Source: Candidatus Microgenomates bacterium (GTDB lineage Bacteria > Patescibacteriota > Microgenomatia > JACPZF01). Taken from it: 63,080 bases of DNA. Under the pieces are notes generated by a model. It saw only the letters and a program-made list of their open reading frames with translations. It had not been told where the DNA came from and ran no database searches. This document shows positions 51,718 to 60,743 of the stretch, piece after piece. The position numbers and the translations under genes were made by a program. How positions within the stretch are numbered: the first letter of the stretch is position 1; every line of letters starts with the position of its first letter. The stretch covers positions 1 to 63,080 of the forward strand of contig JACQHK010000053.1 of NCBI GenBank assembly GCA_016199065.1. Direction: 5' to 3'.

Positions 51718-53073
51718 ATGGACGAAAAAAGTCTCTGGAAAACAGTTTTGGCCGAACTACAACTAACACTAACGCCGGGGTCTTACCAAACACTCTTTGC
51801 CAAAAGTAAGTTAGTAGCGCGGGAAAAAACAAGCGTGACTATTGGCTTAGCCAATAGTCAAATTAAAAACATGGTAACGGAGCGATATTATTCGCTTTTA
51901 AAAGAAATTGTCGACCGAATCACCAAAGGTCCACAAAAATTAATTTTTGTAGTTAATCACACAGTAGAACCAGAAAAACAGTCTGCCGGACCCCTATTTG
52001 AAGTACTTGACGAAGAGCAAGAAAAAGAAGAACACGTCGAAAAAATCTTGCAAGACCTTCATCTTCGGTCGGATTTTACTTTCGAAAATTTCGCCGTATC
52101 CGGTTCAAACCAGCTTGCTTTTGCCGCAGCCTCTGCCGTAACAAAAAATCCAGGAAGCGCCTACAACCCTTTATATTTGTGGGGCGGGGTCGGTGTAGGA
52201 AAAACTCATTTAATGCAGGCCGTAGCTATTTCTCTTTTGCACAAAGACTCAAAAACTAAAATTATTTATGCTACTAGCGAAGAATTTACCAACGAGATCA
52301 CGATGTCAATTAGAAACAAAAACACCGACCGTTTTAAAAATAAATATCGCAACGCCCAAGCATTATTAATTGACGATATCCAATTTATTGCGGGCAAGGA
52401 CACCACCCAAGAGGAATTCTTTCATACCTTTAACACCGTACAAAGAGAAGGGGGGCAAGTTATTTTAACCTCTGACAAACCACCACACGAAATAGGCGGA
52501 TTAGAAGATCGCATTCGTTCCCGCTTTGAGGGCGGCCTGGTCGTAGATATCCAACCGCCCGACCTAGAACTAAGAGCCGCAATTCTCTTAATTAAGGCCA
52601 AACAAAAAGGAATCGAGCTTCCTCCAGGACTGGCGCAGCAAATTGCCCAAGAAACTGAAAGCGCCAGAAAGCTGGAGGGGTTTTTGGTAAAACTGATCAA
52701 TTCCGTAAGAGACGGTGGAGCAGAGTTAAATCAAGACCTGGTAAGGGAGCTCTTGGGAAAAAAGGCGCTGTCTGGCACAACAAGTCGCATCGAACCAAAG
52801 GCGGCACTACAGGCCGTTTGTAATTATTATTCAATAAAGGTCGCTGATCTTAAGGGAAGTAAAAGAAAAAGAGAGATCGCCAGACCAAGACAGGTTTTAA
52901 TGTGGGTCCTGAGAAACGAGTGTAATTTAACGCTGGAGGAAATTGGTCTGTTTTTGGGCGGCAGAGATCACAGCACGGTAATTCATGGTGTGGAAAAAAT
53001 ATCCCAGATGTATGATTCATCAGAAATTATTAAAAAGGATGTTTTGGGGATAAAACAAAGAATGTATGGATAA
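51718..53073 (+). CDS. dnaA: Chromosomal replication initiator protein DnaA
   Basis: Walker A GGVGVGKTHL, LLIDDIQF, and a C-terminal DNA-binding domain containing GGRDHSTVIH. Confidence 0.97.
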   Translation: MDEKSLWKTVLAELQLTLTPGSYQTLFAKSKLVAREKTSVTIGLANSQIKNMVTERYYSLLKEIVDRITKGPQKLIFVVNHTVEPEKQSAGPLFEVLDEEQEKEEHVEKILQDLHLRSDFTFENFAVSGSNQLAFAAASAVTKNPGSAYNPLYLWGGVGVGKTHLMQAVAISLLHKDSKTKIIYATSEEFTNEITMSIRNKNTDRFKNKYRNAQALLIDDIQFIAGKDTTQEEFFHTFNTVQREGGQVILTSDKPPHEIGGLEDRIRSRFEGGLVVDIQPPDLELRAAILLIKAKQKGIELPPGLAQQIAQETESARKLEGFLVKLINSVRDGGAELNQDLVRELLGKKALSGTTSRIEPKAALQAVCNYYSIKVADLKGSKRKREIARPRQVLMWVLRNECNLTLEEIGLFLGGRDHSTVIHGVEKISQMYDSSEIIKKDVLGIKQRMYG

Positions 53074-53298
53074 ATTATTGTAGTTATAAACTTATCCACA
53101 AAACAACGTTGGTTATTAACAATTTTATCCACGCTGGCTTGTGCTTCTTTTAAACAACGAATTTTTTCCGAAACGCGGCAACCGTTTAAGACAGAGAAAG
53201 ATATTGTCTACTTTTTAGTACGAAGCCTACTACTATTACTATCTTGAAGTAATAAATGAAAGGAAATAAAATAACACAACCTTTGTTAATAATTAATT
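53074..53298. other. oriC candidate (dnaA-dnaN spacer)
   Basis: TTATCCACA at 53092..53100 (perfect), TTATCCACG at 53125..53133 (8/9), five consecutive CTA/TTA trimers at 53227..53241, then an AT-rich stretch up to dnaN. Confidence 0.65.
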
Positions 53299-54420
53299 AT
53301 GAAAGCAATTCTTTTACAAGAAAATTTTTCCAAAGCACTTTTTATAGCCAGTAAATTTACTCCCCTTCGTGCCCAACTACCAATACTCTCAAATTTTTTC
53401 TTAGAAGCCAAAGAAGGGCAAATTTTGATTTATGCCACAAATCTAGAGTCAGGAATAAAAATAGGGGTTCCTGCAAAGATTGAAAAAGAAGGTAAGGTAA
53501 TCGTTCCGGCAAAAACACTCACCGAGCTAGTTGCGGGATTGCCCAACGACAAAGTTGCTCTTGAATTTTTGGAAAAAAAACTAGAAATTAACTGCCTGCA
53601 GCATAAGGCGTCACTTAATGTTTTTGTGGGTCAGGATTTTCCTGCCTTTCCCCAAGGGAACAAAAAGAAAGAAATTGTCATAGGAAAAGATGTTTTAAAA
53701 GAAGTCTCGAAAAAAGTTGTTTTTGCTGCGTCTTCCGACGAGACAAGACCAACACTAACCGGCATCTTAATTTCTCTAGGCGAAAACGCCATCACCTTTG
53801 TTGCCACAGATGGTTTTAGGCTTTCCCTAATGAGCTCAAAGGCACCCTATGTTAAAAAAGAGGAGACTACTACCACCCTTCTTTTGCCGGCCAAGATTTT
53901 ACAGGAGCTTAATAAAACAGTTTCCGACACGGAGGCTGAAGAAGGCGTTAATTTGGAAATTCTCGCAGAGAGCAACCAGGTCATTTTTTCCAGCGGGGAT
54001 ATCACCTTGTTTAGCAGAATAATTGAAGGAAAATTTCCACCCTATGAAAAAATTCTTCCCAAGGAATTTGTTGTGAAAGCAGAAGTAGACAGAGAAAGTC
54101 TATTAGAGTCGGTAAAAATTGCCTCTATTTTTGCCAGAGATGCCGGCAACATTTTAAAAATTAAAATAGAGAAGAAGGCACTTAAAATTTCTGCCAATGC
54201 GCCCCAAACAGGAGAAAATACCAACGAGGTTGAGGCACTGACAGAAGGTGATTCCGTAGAGGTTGCCGTGAACAGCCGTTATCTTCTTGAGTTGTTAAAC
54301 AATATTGATTTTGAGCAACTTGGCCTTCGCCTTGCAGGACCATTAAGCCCGGTGGTTTTTACGGAAAAAGGCAAAGAAGATTTTTTGCATATTATCATGC
54401 CGGTCAGGGTGCAGGGTTAA
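53299..54420 (+). CDS. dnaN: DNA polymerase III beta sliding clamp
   Basis: 373 aa with ATDGFRLS, FPPYEKILP and SPVVF motifs, in the position after dnaA. Confidence 0.95.
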   Translation: MKAILLQENFSKALFIASKFTPLRAQLPILSNFFLEAKEGQILIYATNLESGIKIGVPAKIEKEGKVIVPAKTLTELVAGLPNDKVALEFLEKKLEINCLQHKASLNVFVGQDFPAFPQGNKKKEIVIGKDVLKEVSKKVVFAASSDETRPTLTGILISLGENAITFVATDGFRLSLMSSKAPYVKKEETTTTLLLPAKILQELNKTVSDTEAEEGVNLEILAESNQVIFSSGDITLFSRIIEGKFPPYEKILPKEFVVKAEVDRESLLESVKIASIFARDAGNILKIKIEKKALKISANAPQTGENTNEVEALTEGDSVEVAVNSRYLLELLNNIDFEQLGLRLAGPLSPVVFTEKGKEDFLHIIMPVRVQG

Positions 54421-55468
54421 GGAGATTGCTGTTTTTTACTGCCGGAAGGTAAACGGAAATTTTGCCCCTTTTCCCAGAAGAGCTAATTGCCTCACCCCCC
54501 AAAACATAAACGGGTGGTAATAAATTTTGTTTTTGAGGATAGACCAAATAAGCAATTTCTAGTGTTGTAAAATTAACACGAGCCAGGTCGTTTATATCCA
54601 AATCTGAAGCGCCATTTTCGTCGGGAATAATTTGTATAACTCGAAAGGAAGAGAAGGGAGTTTTTTTAACTTCATTAACCCCCAACAGTTCATATTTGCC
54701 GAAATTATTAGTGTTAGTTTTCGGATTATAATATTGAATCTTAACGATTTTCCCCGATGTTTTGTCGATGAGTAGGCTTACCAAACTGCCCGCTTCACCG
54801 ATTCCCACAAGAGGAACTTCTTCAATTGTGGGACGGAAAGTGAAAGAAAGAATTGTGGCGCTTGAAGAACTTGTTGTTTCTAATTCGTCTCCGATTCTTG
54901 TAAGATTGGTTACCGCGGGAGAATTACTGAGATTTCTTTCTAGACCATTCTCTTTTAAAAAAGTAAAAACGCGGTTGCCAATTTCGTTTTCTGAGTTGCC
55001 AGCGAGTAAGGTTTTTGATTCTCCGGAAAAAGAGAAACTTCCATTAAGTAAATTCCCTACAAAAACCGACCGACCAACCTCCTTGTAATAAGTTTTACTG
55101 GTCTGGTCTGAAATTACTTTCGGCGCGATCTTCCCCAGGAGCTTATTAGAAATACTATTAAAAAGATTCATCAACTGTTCTTCGCTCTGTTCTTCCAGAG
55201 AATAAATATTTATTACTGCTGGAAGCTCTCCCTTTTGAAAAGAAAAAGAGGCCTTCGTATTAATGGGCAGAGGCTCTGCTTCAATGAGGCTTTCGCGATA
55301 AATAATTTTTCCGAAAAAGTTTTTCTTGTCGGACCGGCTTTGGACAGAATAAACAGATGCGGCTATTATGACAAGAAGAATCAGAAAAAGTATTCGAATT
55401 ACTCCGTTGTTAAACAGAGAAAGCAGCATGTCTTTTAATTCTTTTTTATTTACCACAATATTTTTCAT
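54404..55468 (-). CDS. Hypothetical membrane-anchored extracytoplasmic protein, translationally coupled to the giant M23 protein
   Basis: 354 aa with an N-terminal TM helix (ILFLILLVIIAASVY). Its ATG lies 3 nt after the upstream TAA, and the upstream gene's final GGAGAA serves as the SD. Confidence 0.55.
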   Translation of the reverse strand: MKNIVVNKKELKDMLLSLFNNGVIRILFLILLVIIAASVYSVQSRSDKKNFFGKIIYRESLIEAEPLPINTKASFSFQKGELPAVINIYSLEEQSEEQLMNLFNSISNKLLGKIAPKVISDQTSKTYYKEVGRSVFVGNLLNGSFSFSGESKTLLAGNSENEIGNRVFTFLKENGLERNLSNSPAVTNLTRIGDELETTSSSSATILSFTFRPTIEEVPLVGIGEAGSLVSLLIDKTSGKIVKIQYYNPKTNTNNFGKYELLGVNEVKKTPFSSFRVIQIIPDENGASDLDINDLARVNFTTLEIAYLVYPQKQNLLPPVYVLGGEAISSSGKRGKISVYLPAVKNSNLLNPAP

Positions 55469-55471
55469 ATT

Positions 55472-58400
55472 TTATTCTCCGTGACCGCCCCCGCTTGTAG
55501 CCGGACAGCCGCCTATTATAATCAGACAGGGATTAATGGTGTGCTGTGATCCATTATAAAAGCAGGACACTTCTCCACAAGTTGCCGCACTAAAATGCAA
55601 GTGTGGCCCCGTGCTTTTTCCTGTTGTGCCGGAATAGGCAATTACTTGTCCGGCAGTTACAGAATCTCCCTCATTGAGTCCGGTTGTATAAGCGTGAGCC
55701 GCATCTCCCTGAACTCCTCCCAGGTGGGCATATAAGTAATAGTCATTATTTTTTCCTTTAATAATAATATAGTAACCAAACCCATTGGCCATATATCCCT
55801 TTTTATGAACGGTTCCGTTCACAACAGAAACGAGCGGAGTAGAAAGACCTAAGGGAATATCAATTCCATTATGGCGTCCAGGCTCGTATCCTTGTGACAA
55901 AGAGCTGGGTTTTCCTCCGGTTGGCCAGGCGCTTATTCCGCCCGACGGACCAGCATTAAGCGGTGTAGTTAATTCCGCCTGACAAGAAGGAACGGTTAGT
56001 GGGCCAAGCGGTCCCAAAGAGGGGGTATAGGGAAGCTGTGCGGAATCTGATTCTCGCACGAAGGCATAATCAGTTTCTTCCCCGGAATAAACTACATCTT
56101 TCAAGCAAACTTCAATCACCGAGCCCTGGGGAATTTTATATAAAACTTGTCCTTGGGTTAATGAACCGGCCAAAGAATTGATTTTCTGTTCCAGCTCCGG
56201 GCTGTTTGCGCCGTATCTTAATAATGTATCTCTAATTTCGTTAATATAACCAATCTGTTTTTCCATAAGGGATTTATTGTTGTCGATTGATTTCAATTGG
56301 TCATTTAACTGTTTTATTGCTTGGGTGCGTTGTTCGGGTGTGGCGCCTTTTAGTCCCGCATAAAAACCTTCGGCCTGTTGGTTCAGCTGGTTGGCAATTG
56401 CCAAGTTTTTATTTATATTAATACAGGACGGTAAACTGGTTGATGTAGCACAATTACTAATCACCTCGTTTATTTCAGGGCGGTAACCGCTATAAGAAGT
56501 AGTAGCGAACCTAACAAGATAATCTGTTTGTTTGACGATATTATCAAGCGTGGTTTTTTGGTGCTGTTCTATAAGTTCGTTAATCTCCTCGTTGGTAATA
56601 TTTGGTCTACTTTCTATTTCATTTAATATTGCCAATTCCTGTTGCAATAATAAGTTTTTTTGGGTATTTAATAAAGAATCCTGAACGATTTGCTCGACGA
56701 TTAGCATTTTTGCATTCTCGCTGTAGTTTGCGACTCCACCGTTTTCAACCGCCTGGGCGAGTTGCTTAATGCTTTCTAGTGCCCGACGGTCAATCTCTCC
56801 TGAGGTATCTAGGGGTGGGGTGATGGAAAAAACGTATTGTTTGAATCCCCGATAGACTTGTTCTTGGTATCCTAGTCCGTAGCCACCAACGGTCTGGTCT
56901 TTTATAAGATCAATAGGTGTCGTTGTACCGGGTAATGTGACTTTTACTGAATAGCCCCCTACGGTAAATTTGTTGGGAGGACCAAGAAATTTAGTTTTGG
57001 TGATTTGTGAAGGATAATATTCCTCTTTTATGGTTGTTGTCCAGCAGATATCTTTTTTTTCTCCCTTTTTGAAGGTGGAAAGGGTAGAGCCGTTAAACTT
57101 CGGCTGGTCTATTGAGAAACATTTTGAAACGGCCGTTACTCCTTCTAGCCTTTCAGAAATTGGTATCCAGTAAGCAGCGCCAATTAAAACTACGGCAAAA
57201 ACTGTAAAGGCAACGACCGCGATTAGTCCGGTTACGGCAACCGCAGCAATTAAAGAGGTGCTGATTGCGGTAATTGCACCGGCAATGCCGGTTAATACGG
57301 CTGCAATTGGTGCTGCCGCCGCGGGTAAAAGTGCCGCGATGGTAGTTAGGATGGTGGGGGCAAATGAAAAAACCAATCCGGTTACAAGAGGAAAGAAAAT
57401 ACTGTTGACAAAAGGAATATCAAACCCCATCAGGCCGGTAACGACCTGAATACCCGTACCTATCCAAAAACCAGCATTAAACAAACCGATAAATCGGGAA
57501 AATAACGGAATATAGCTAAAAAGGCCCGAGGCTGCTGCTAGTCTGTAGACTGCGTAGAGTATTGGATTAAGGGCAAACCAGCCAATTGCCGCGCCAATAA
57601 GGGGTGCCAAAAAGACGCCTGGAAATAAGATCGAAGCAAGCTCCCAGCCAATTATGGCACCGGCCAAATTAGATATCCCGACTCCGCGAAAAGAAGCCCT
57701 GATTGTTTTAAAGAAATTGGTTAGGCCAGGATGCGCCGTCTGAAAATTACTAATAAAGGAATTAAAAACGTTTGGTAATCCTGAATAACGGAAGTTTAAA
57801 TATCTTGCGTACCATCCTCTTGGTTGGGCTAAAAACTGGCCACCCTCTTTGTACAACAAAACCTGTGTTTTTCCAGCCTGGGAAATTAAACTAAAGCCTG
57901 GACCTTCTGCTATTTCAAATTTTAATAAGTTGTATTCTAGGCCGGGTGCTACTCCTACGGTTTTTCCAAAACGAAGATAATCCCAGAATCTTCCCACTCC
58001 TGGTTTGGCAATAATGTTCCATAAATTACCTTTGATTTGCCACAAATAATCTGCGGCGACGGGCATCCAGTTTTGGTACCAGGGAATATATTGCTGAAGA
58101 AAAGCTTCGTAGGGGGATAAAAATTGTGAAATGGCCAATCCTCTTATCGGGAGTCGGAAAAAACTACCCACAGGAGAATTAAGCCAATAGGCAAGACGCT
58201 GTATTGGCCCTGGTCCGAGAAGACTATTGGTAAATCTGATCAGTCCTCTTTGCCACCAGTTGAGCCGGGATAATTCTGCTTCACTAATGCGTAAAGAGAA
58301 TCCTTTAAGTCTAGCCTCCGCTGCTCTTATCTCTGCCTGGTTAAAAGCACCCTCTTGTTTAAGCGTCCTAATCTCGTTAAGGGCGTTTTTATAATCTCCA

Positions 58401-60127
58401 ACCCATCTCATAATTGTCGGATCTTTAGCTACGTTTAATACCCATTGATATCCCCAACCAACAGCCGTTCCGGTTCCAAAACCGACATATCCTCCGAGTT
58501 CTGCGCCCGCAACGGGGTCCATTCCCAAGAGTTGGGCGATATTTTGCCCAATGGCTCTTCCCAAGTGATAGCCAGAATATGCCCCGGAGAGGGTATTAAG
58601 GCTGGGAAGAGCACGAACCATGTGTCCTGCAGTTTTCCAGGCGATTTGTGAAGTTTTTACTGCAGGATTATTGAGAAATCTGTCAACGAAATTAGTGAGT
58701 TTTTGCCAAAAACTTGAAGAGCGAATGACCTCCTTAACGTGGTTTAGTAATACCTTATCAGCCAGCCTAATAATATTTCCAATTGTTAAATCAATAATCC
58801 ACTCGGCTATCAAGATTGACAGCCAAGAGAGAGGATCCCTATCAGTTCGTTTAAGATTCTTACTTACGCTTTTTAAGCCAAAGGTACGAAAAAGTGTAGG
58901 TAAGGCAGTTTCTTTGGTGGGTAATCTTTTTAACCCTAATTCTGTCTCGCGTTTTTCAATAAGTTTGTCTAAGGTCTTTATTTTTTGTTCATTCCATGGC
59001 TGCTCGTGAAAGGATTTTCGCTTTTCATTTTGCAATTTAAGTACTGAACTTTCCGTAGAAATTGCTTCCAGAAAGTCTCCGGTAAAATTTACTGCCTGTT
59101 GTAATTTTAGGATGGGAACAAAAACCTTACCCCTTAACTCATTTCCATACATGTCATATCTTTTGGCCATTAGTTTGGGTCCGCCAAGTCTGCCAACCAT
59201 GTAGGCAGTTTCTCCTGCCGCGTCGAGCAAAAAATCAATGGCTTTTTCTTCAGGGAGGTGATTTACCAAATATTCCATGCGATAAGGACTCCACCAAGAT
59301 TTACCCAATTGGTAATTGATGTTAAATTGAATTTCCTTGCCTCGAAGATTTTCTAAAACTTCTCCCAGCGGTCCTAAGGTTCTGAAGAAAAAACTCCAGC
59401 CCGCCTCATCCAAAGCAGGATGGAGGTCTTTTAAGGTATGAATGCCATATCTAAGTGCACGGAGATGGGCATTTTGAATATAATATGCCTCATAAGAGGC
59501 GTCTTTAGCCCCCAGCTTAGCCGCCTGTAGATTTTGAGCCAACCCTGCATAAGATTCATAATAAGCCTTTTTCAGTTCACCGTACATTTTAGCTACGGTT
59601 CCTAAATCTTTGGGAGAGACCGGACCAACCCTTTCTTCCTGTTTTTTTAATTCTTCAGGGGTTTTGGGCATTAAAAGCGATGGCGTTTCTCTTATTGGTC
59701 TTTGGGTGGCGAGTCTTGTGTAAGAAGGGGGCTGAATTGGTTTTGCGATCCTTTGGGCTTCGGGTTTTGGCTGAATTACTTCAAAGATGACTTCGGTTGG
59801 GTAACTAACACCGTAATTTTCAATTGCAATTTGTTTGGCTTCGCCTTCTGAATTGACCGTTACCCATCTCCCGTCAGGAAGTGCTACGCGATATTCTTTT
59901 CCCTCACCTAAAGAAGGACGGCTGGGTTTTCGCGGATAGGCAGGTGAGACGGTTGTCGTTCTTGCCGGAGGCTGGGGTGGCTGGGCAACTTTATATTCCA
60001 CGCCCTCAATGACATTAGGCGGAGAGCCACCCGAAGGGGATTCCTCAGTTTCGCTGTCTATATCAACGATTCTGCTGGGAGGAATAATACTAGCGCTTCC
60101 TAACTGTGGTTTTTTCTTGTCGGCCAT
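55472..60127 (-). CDS. Giant multidomain membrane protein with a C-terminal M23 (LytM-type) peptidase domain
   Basis: 1551 aa. It has a Pro-rich N-terminus and a Gly/Ala-rich TM cluster (about 57160..57700). A coiled-coil-like Q/N/L-rich region follows. The M23 domain has HNGIDI and TGKSTGPHLHFS (about 55570..55930). Confidence 0.85.
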   Translation of the reverse strand: MADKKKPQLGSASIIPPSRIVDIDSETEESPSGGSPPNVIEGVEYKVAQPPQPPARTTTVSPAYPRKPSRPSLGEGKEYRVALPDGRWVTVNSEGEAKQIAIENYGVSYPTEVIFEVIQPKPEAQRIAKPIQPPSYTRLATQRPIRETPSLLMPKTPEELKKQEERVGPVSPKDLGTVAKMYGELKKAYYESYAGLAQNLQAAKLGAKDASYEAYYIQNAHLRALRYGIHTLKDLHPALDEAGWSFFFRTLGPLGEVLENLRGKEIQFNINYQLGKSWWSPYRMEYLVNHLPEEKAIDFLLDAAGETAYMVGRLGGPKLMAKRYDMYGNELRGKVFVPILKLQQAVNFTGDFLEAISTESSVLKLQNEKRKSFHEQPWNEQKIKTLDKLIEKRETELGLKRLPTKETALPTLFRTFGLKSVSKNLKRTDRDPLSWLSILIAEWIIDLTIGNIIRLADKVLLNHVKEVIRSSSFWQKLTNFVDRFLNNPAVKTSQIAWKTAGHMVRALPSLNTLSGAYSGYHLGRAIGQNIAQLLGMDPVAGAELGGYVGFGTGTAVGWGYQWVLNVAKDPTIMRWVGDYKNALNEIRTLKQEGAFNQAEIRAAEARLKGFSLRISEAELSRLNWWQRGLIRFTNSLLGPGPIQRLAYWLNSPVGSFFRLPIRGLAISQFLSPYEAFLQQYIPWYQNWMPVAADYLWQIKGNLWNIIAKPGVGRFWDYLRFGKTVGVAPGLEYNLLKFEIAEGPGFSLISQAGKTQVLLYKEGGQFLAQPRGWYARYLNFRYSGLPNVFNSFISNFQTAHPGLTNFFKTIRASFRGVGISNLAGAIIGWELASILFPGVFLAPLIGAAIGWFALNPILYAVYRLAAASGLFSYIPLFSRFIGLFNAGFWIGTGIQVVTGLMGFDIPFVNSIFFPLVTGLVFSFAPTILTTIAALLPAAAAPIAAVLTGIAGAITAISTSLIAAVAVTGLIAVVAFTVFAVVLIGAAYWIPISERLEGVTAVSKCFSIDQPKFNGSTLSTFKKGEKKDICWTTTIKEEYYPSQITKTKFLGPPNKFTVGGYSVKVTLPGTTTPIDLIKDQTVGGYGLGYQEQVYRGFKQYVFSITPPLDTSGEIDRRALESIKQLAQAVENGGVANYSENAKMLIVEQIVQDSLLNTQKNLLLQQELAILNEIESRPNITNEEINELIEQHQKTTLDNIVKQTDYLVRFATTSYSGYRPEINEVISNCATSTSLPSCININKNLAIANQLNQQAEGFYAGLKGATPEQRTQAIKQLNDQLKSIDNNKSLMEKQIGYINEIRDTLLRYGANSPELEQKINSLAGSLTQGQVLYKIPQGSVIEVCLKDVVYSGEETDYAFVRESDSAQLPYTPSLGPLGPLTVPSCQAELTTPLNAGPSGGISAWPTGGKPSSLSQGYEPGRHNGIDIPLGLSTPLVSVVNGTVHKKGYMANGFGYYIIIKGKNNDYYLYAHLGGVQGDAAHAYTTGLNEGDSVTAGQVIAYSGTTGKSTGPHLHFSAATCGEVSCFYNGSQHTINPCLIIIGGCPATSGGGHGE

Positions 60128-60186
60128 ACTCCTAAACTATAGCAAAAGAGGTATGGTTTGGAAAGCGGATTGGTGTAAAACTTGCC

Positions 60187-60636
60187 TTAAAACACCGGAT
60201 AAAACGGGGATTTTTTAATTTTTATTCCTTCCTCTTCAATTTCACCGATAAAATCTTTTACTTTGTCTTCGTGAAAAAAGTGCCATCGGGAAATTCCACC
60301 AATAACTGCTACAGTTGCGACCAACGACCATAATTGTAAAAAGGGTTTCAGGGTATGACTAGAGACCCAGCTTAAAAAGGCACTGCTCGAAAACAGAACT
60401 AAAAAAACCAAAGTCAAAATGCCCGCCATTCTACTGCGGGCTTTCTTTTCCTGGTGGGCCAAGGAATCTTCCGGCGGGACAGGGAAAAAGTCGGACTGTG
60501 TTTGCGGAAACGGTCTGGTCATCATTTTCTGTAACTCTTGTACTTCCCGATCAGAAAGACTTACCTGTCCGGTGTTTTGGCAAATTGCACAGCCCTTACC
60601 TCCGCAGTTTGGGCAAACATATGTTTGGGTTGGCAT
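60187..60636 (-). CDS. Membrane protein with an N-terminal DnaJ-type zinc finger
   Basis: CPNCGGKGCAICQNTGQ gives two CxxC motifs (the first is CxxCxGxG). Two or three TM helices follow. Confidence 0.55.
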   Translation of the reverse strand: MPTQTYVCPNCGGKGCAICQNTGQVSLSDREVQELQKMMTRPFPQTQSDFFPVPPEDSLAHQEKKARSRMAGILTLVFLVLFSSSAFLSWVSSHTLKPFLQLWSLVATVAVIGGISRWHFFHEDKVKDFIGEIEEEGIKIKKSPFYPVF

Positions 60637-60712
60637 ATATTTAAAAATTAAAATGTAAAAAGTAAAATGACAATTTAAATTTTTTCTCTATCATTTTTTA
60701 TTTTTGACTTTT

Positions 60713-60731
60713 GCCTGTCCTTCCGACAGGC
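60713..60731. terminator. GC-rich hairpin after the Clp ATPase gene
   Basis: GCCTGTC-CTTCC-GACAGGC, flanked by A/T tracts on both sides. Confidence 0.45.
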
Positions 60732-60743
60732 GGGCATTTTTAA

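Noticed and set aside
55472-60127. Prophage interpretation of the tape-measure-like giant gene
   Set aside because: No capsid, portal, terminase, tail or integrase genes, and no att-like repeats, lie on either side. The neighbours are dnaN and a Clp ATPase.
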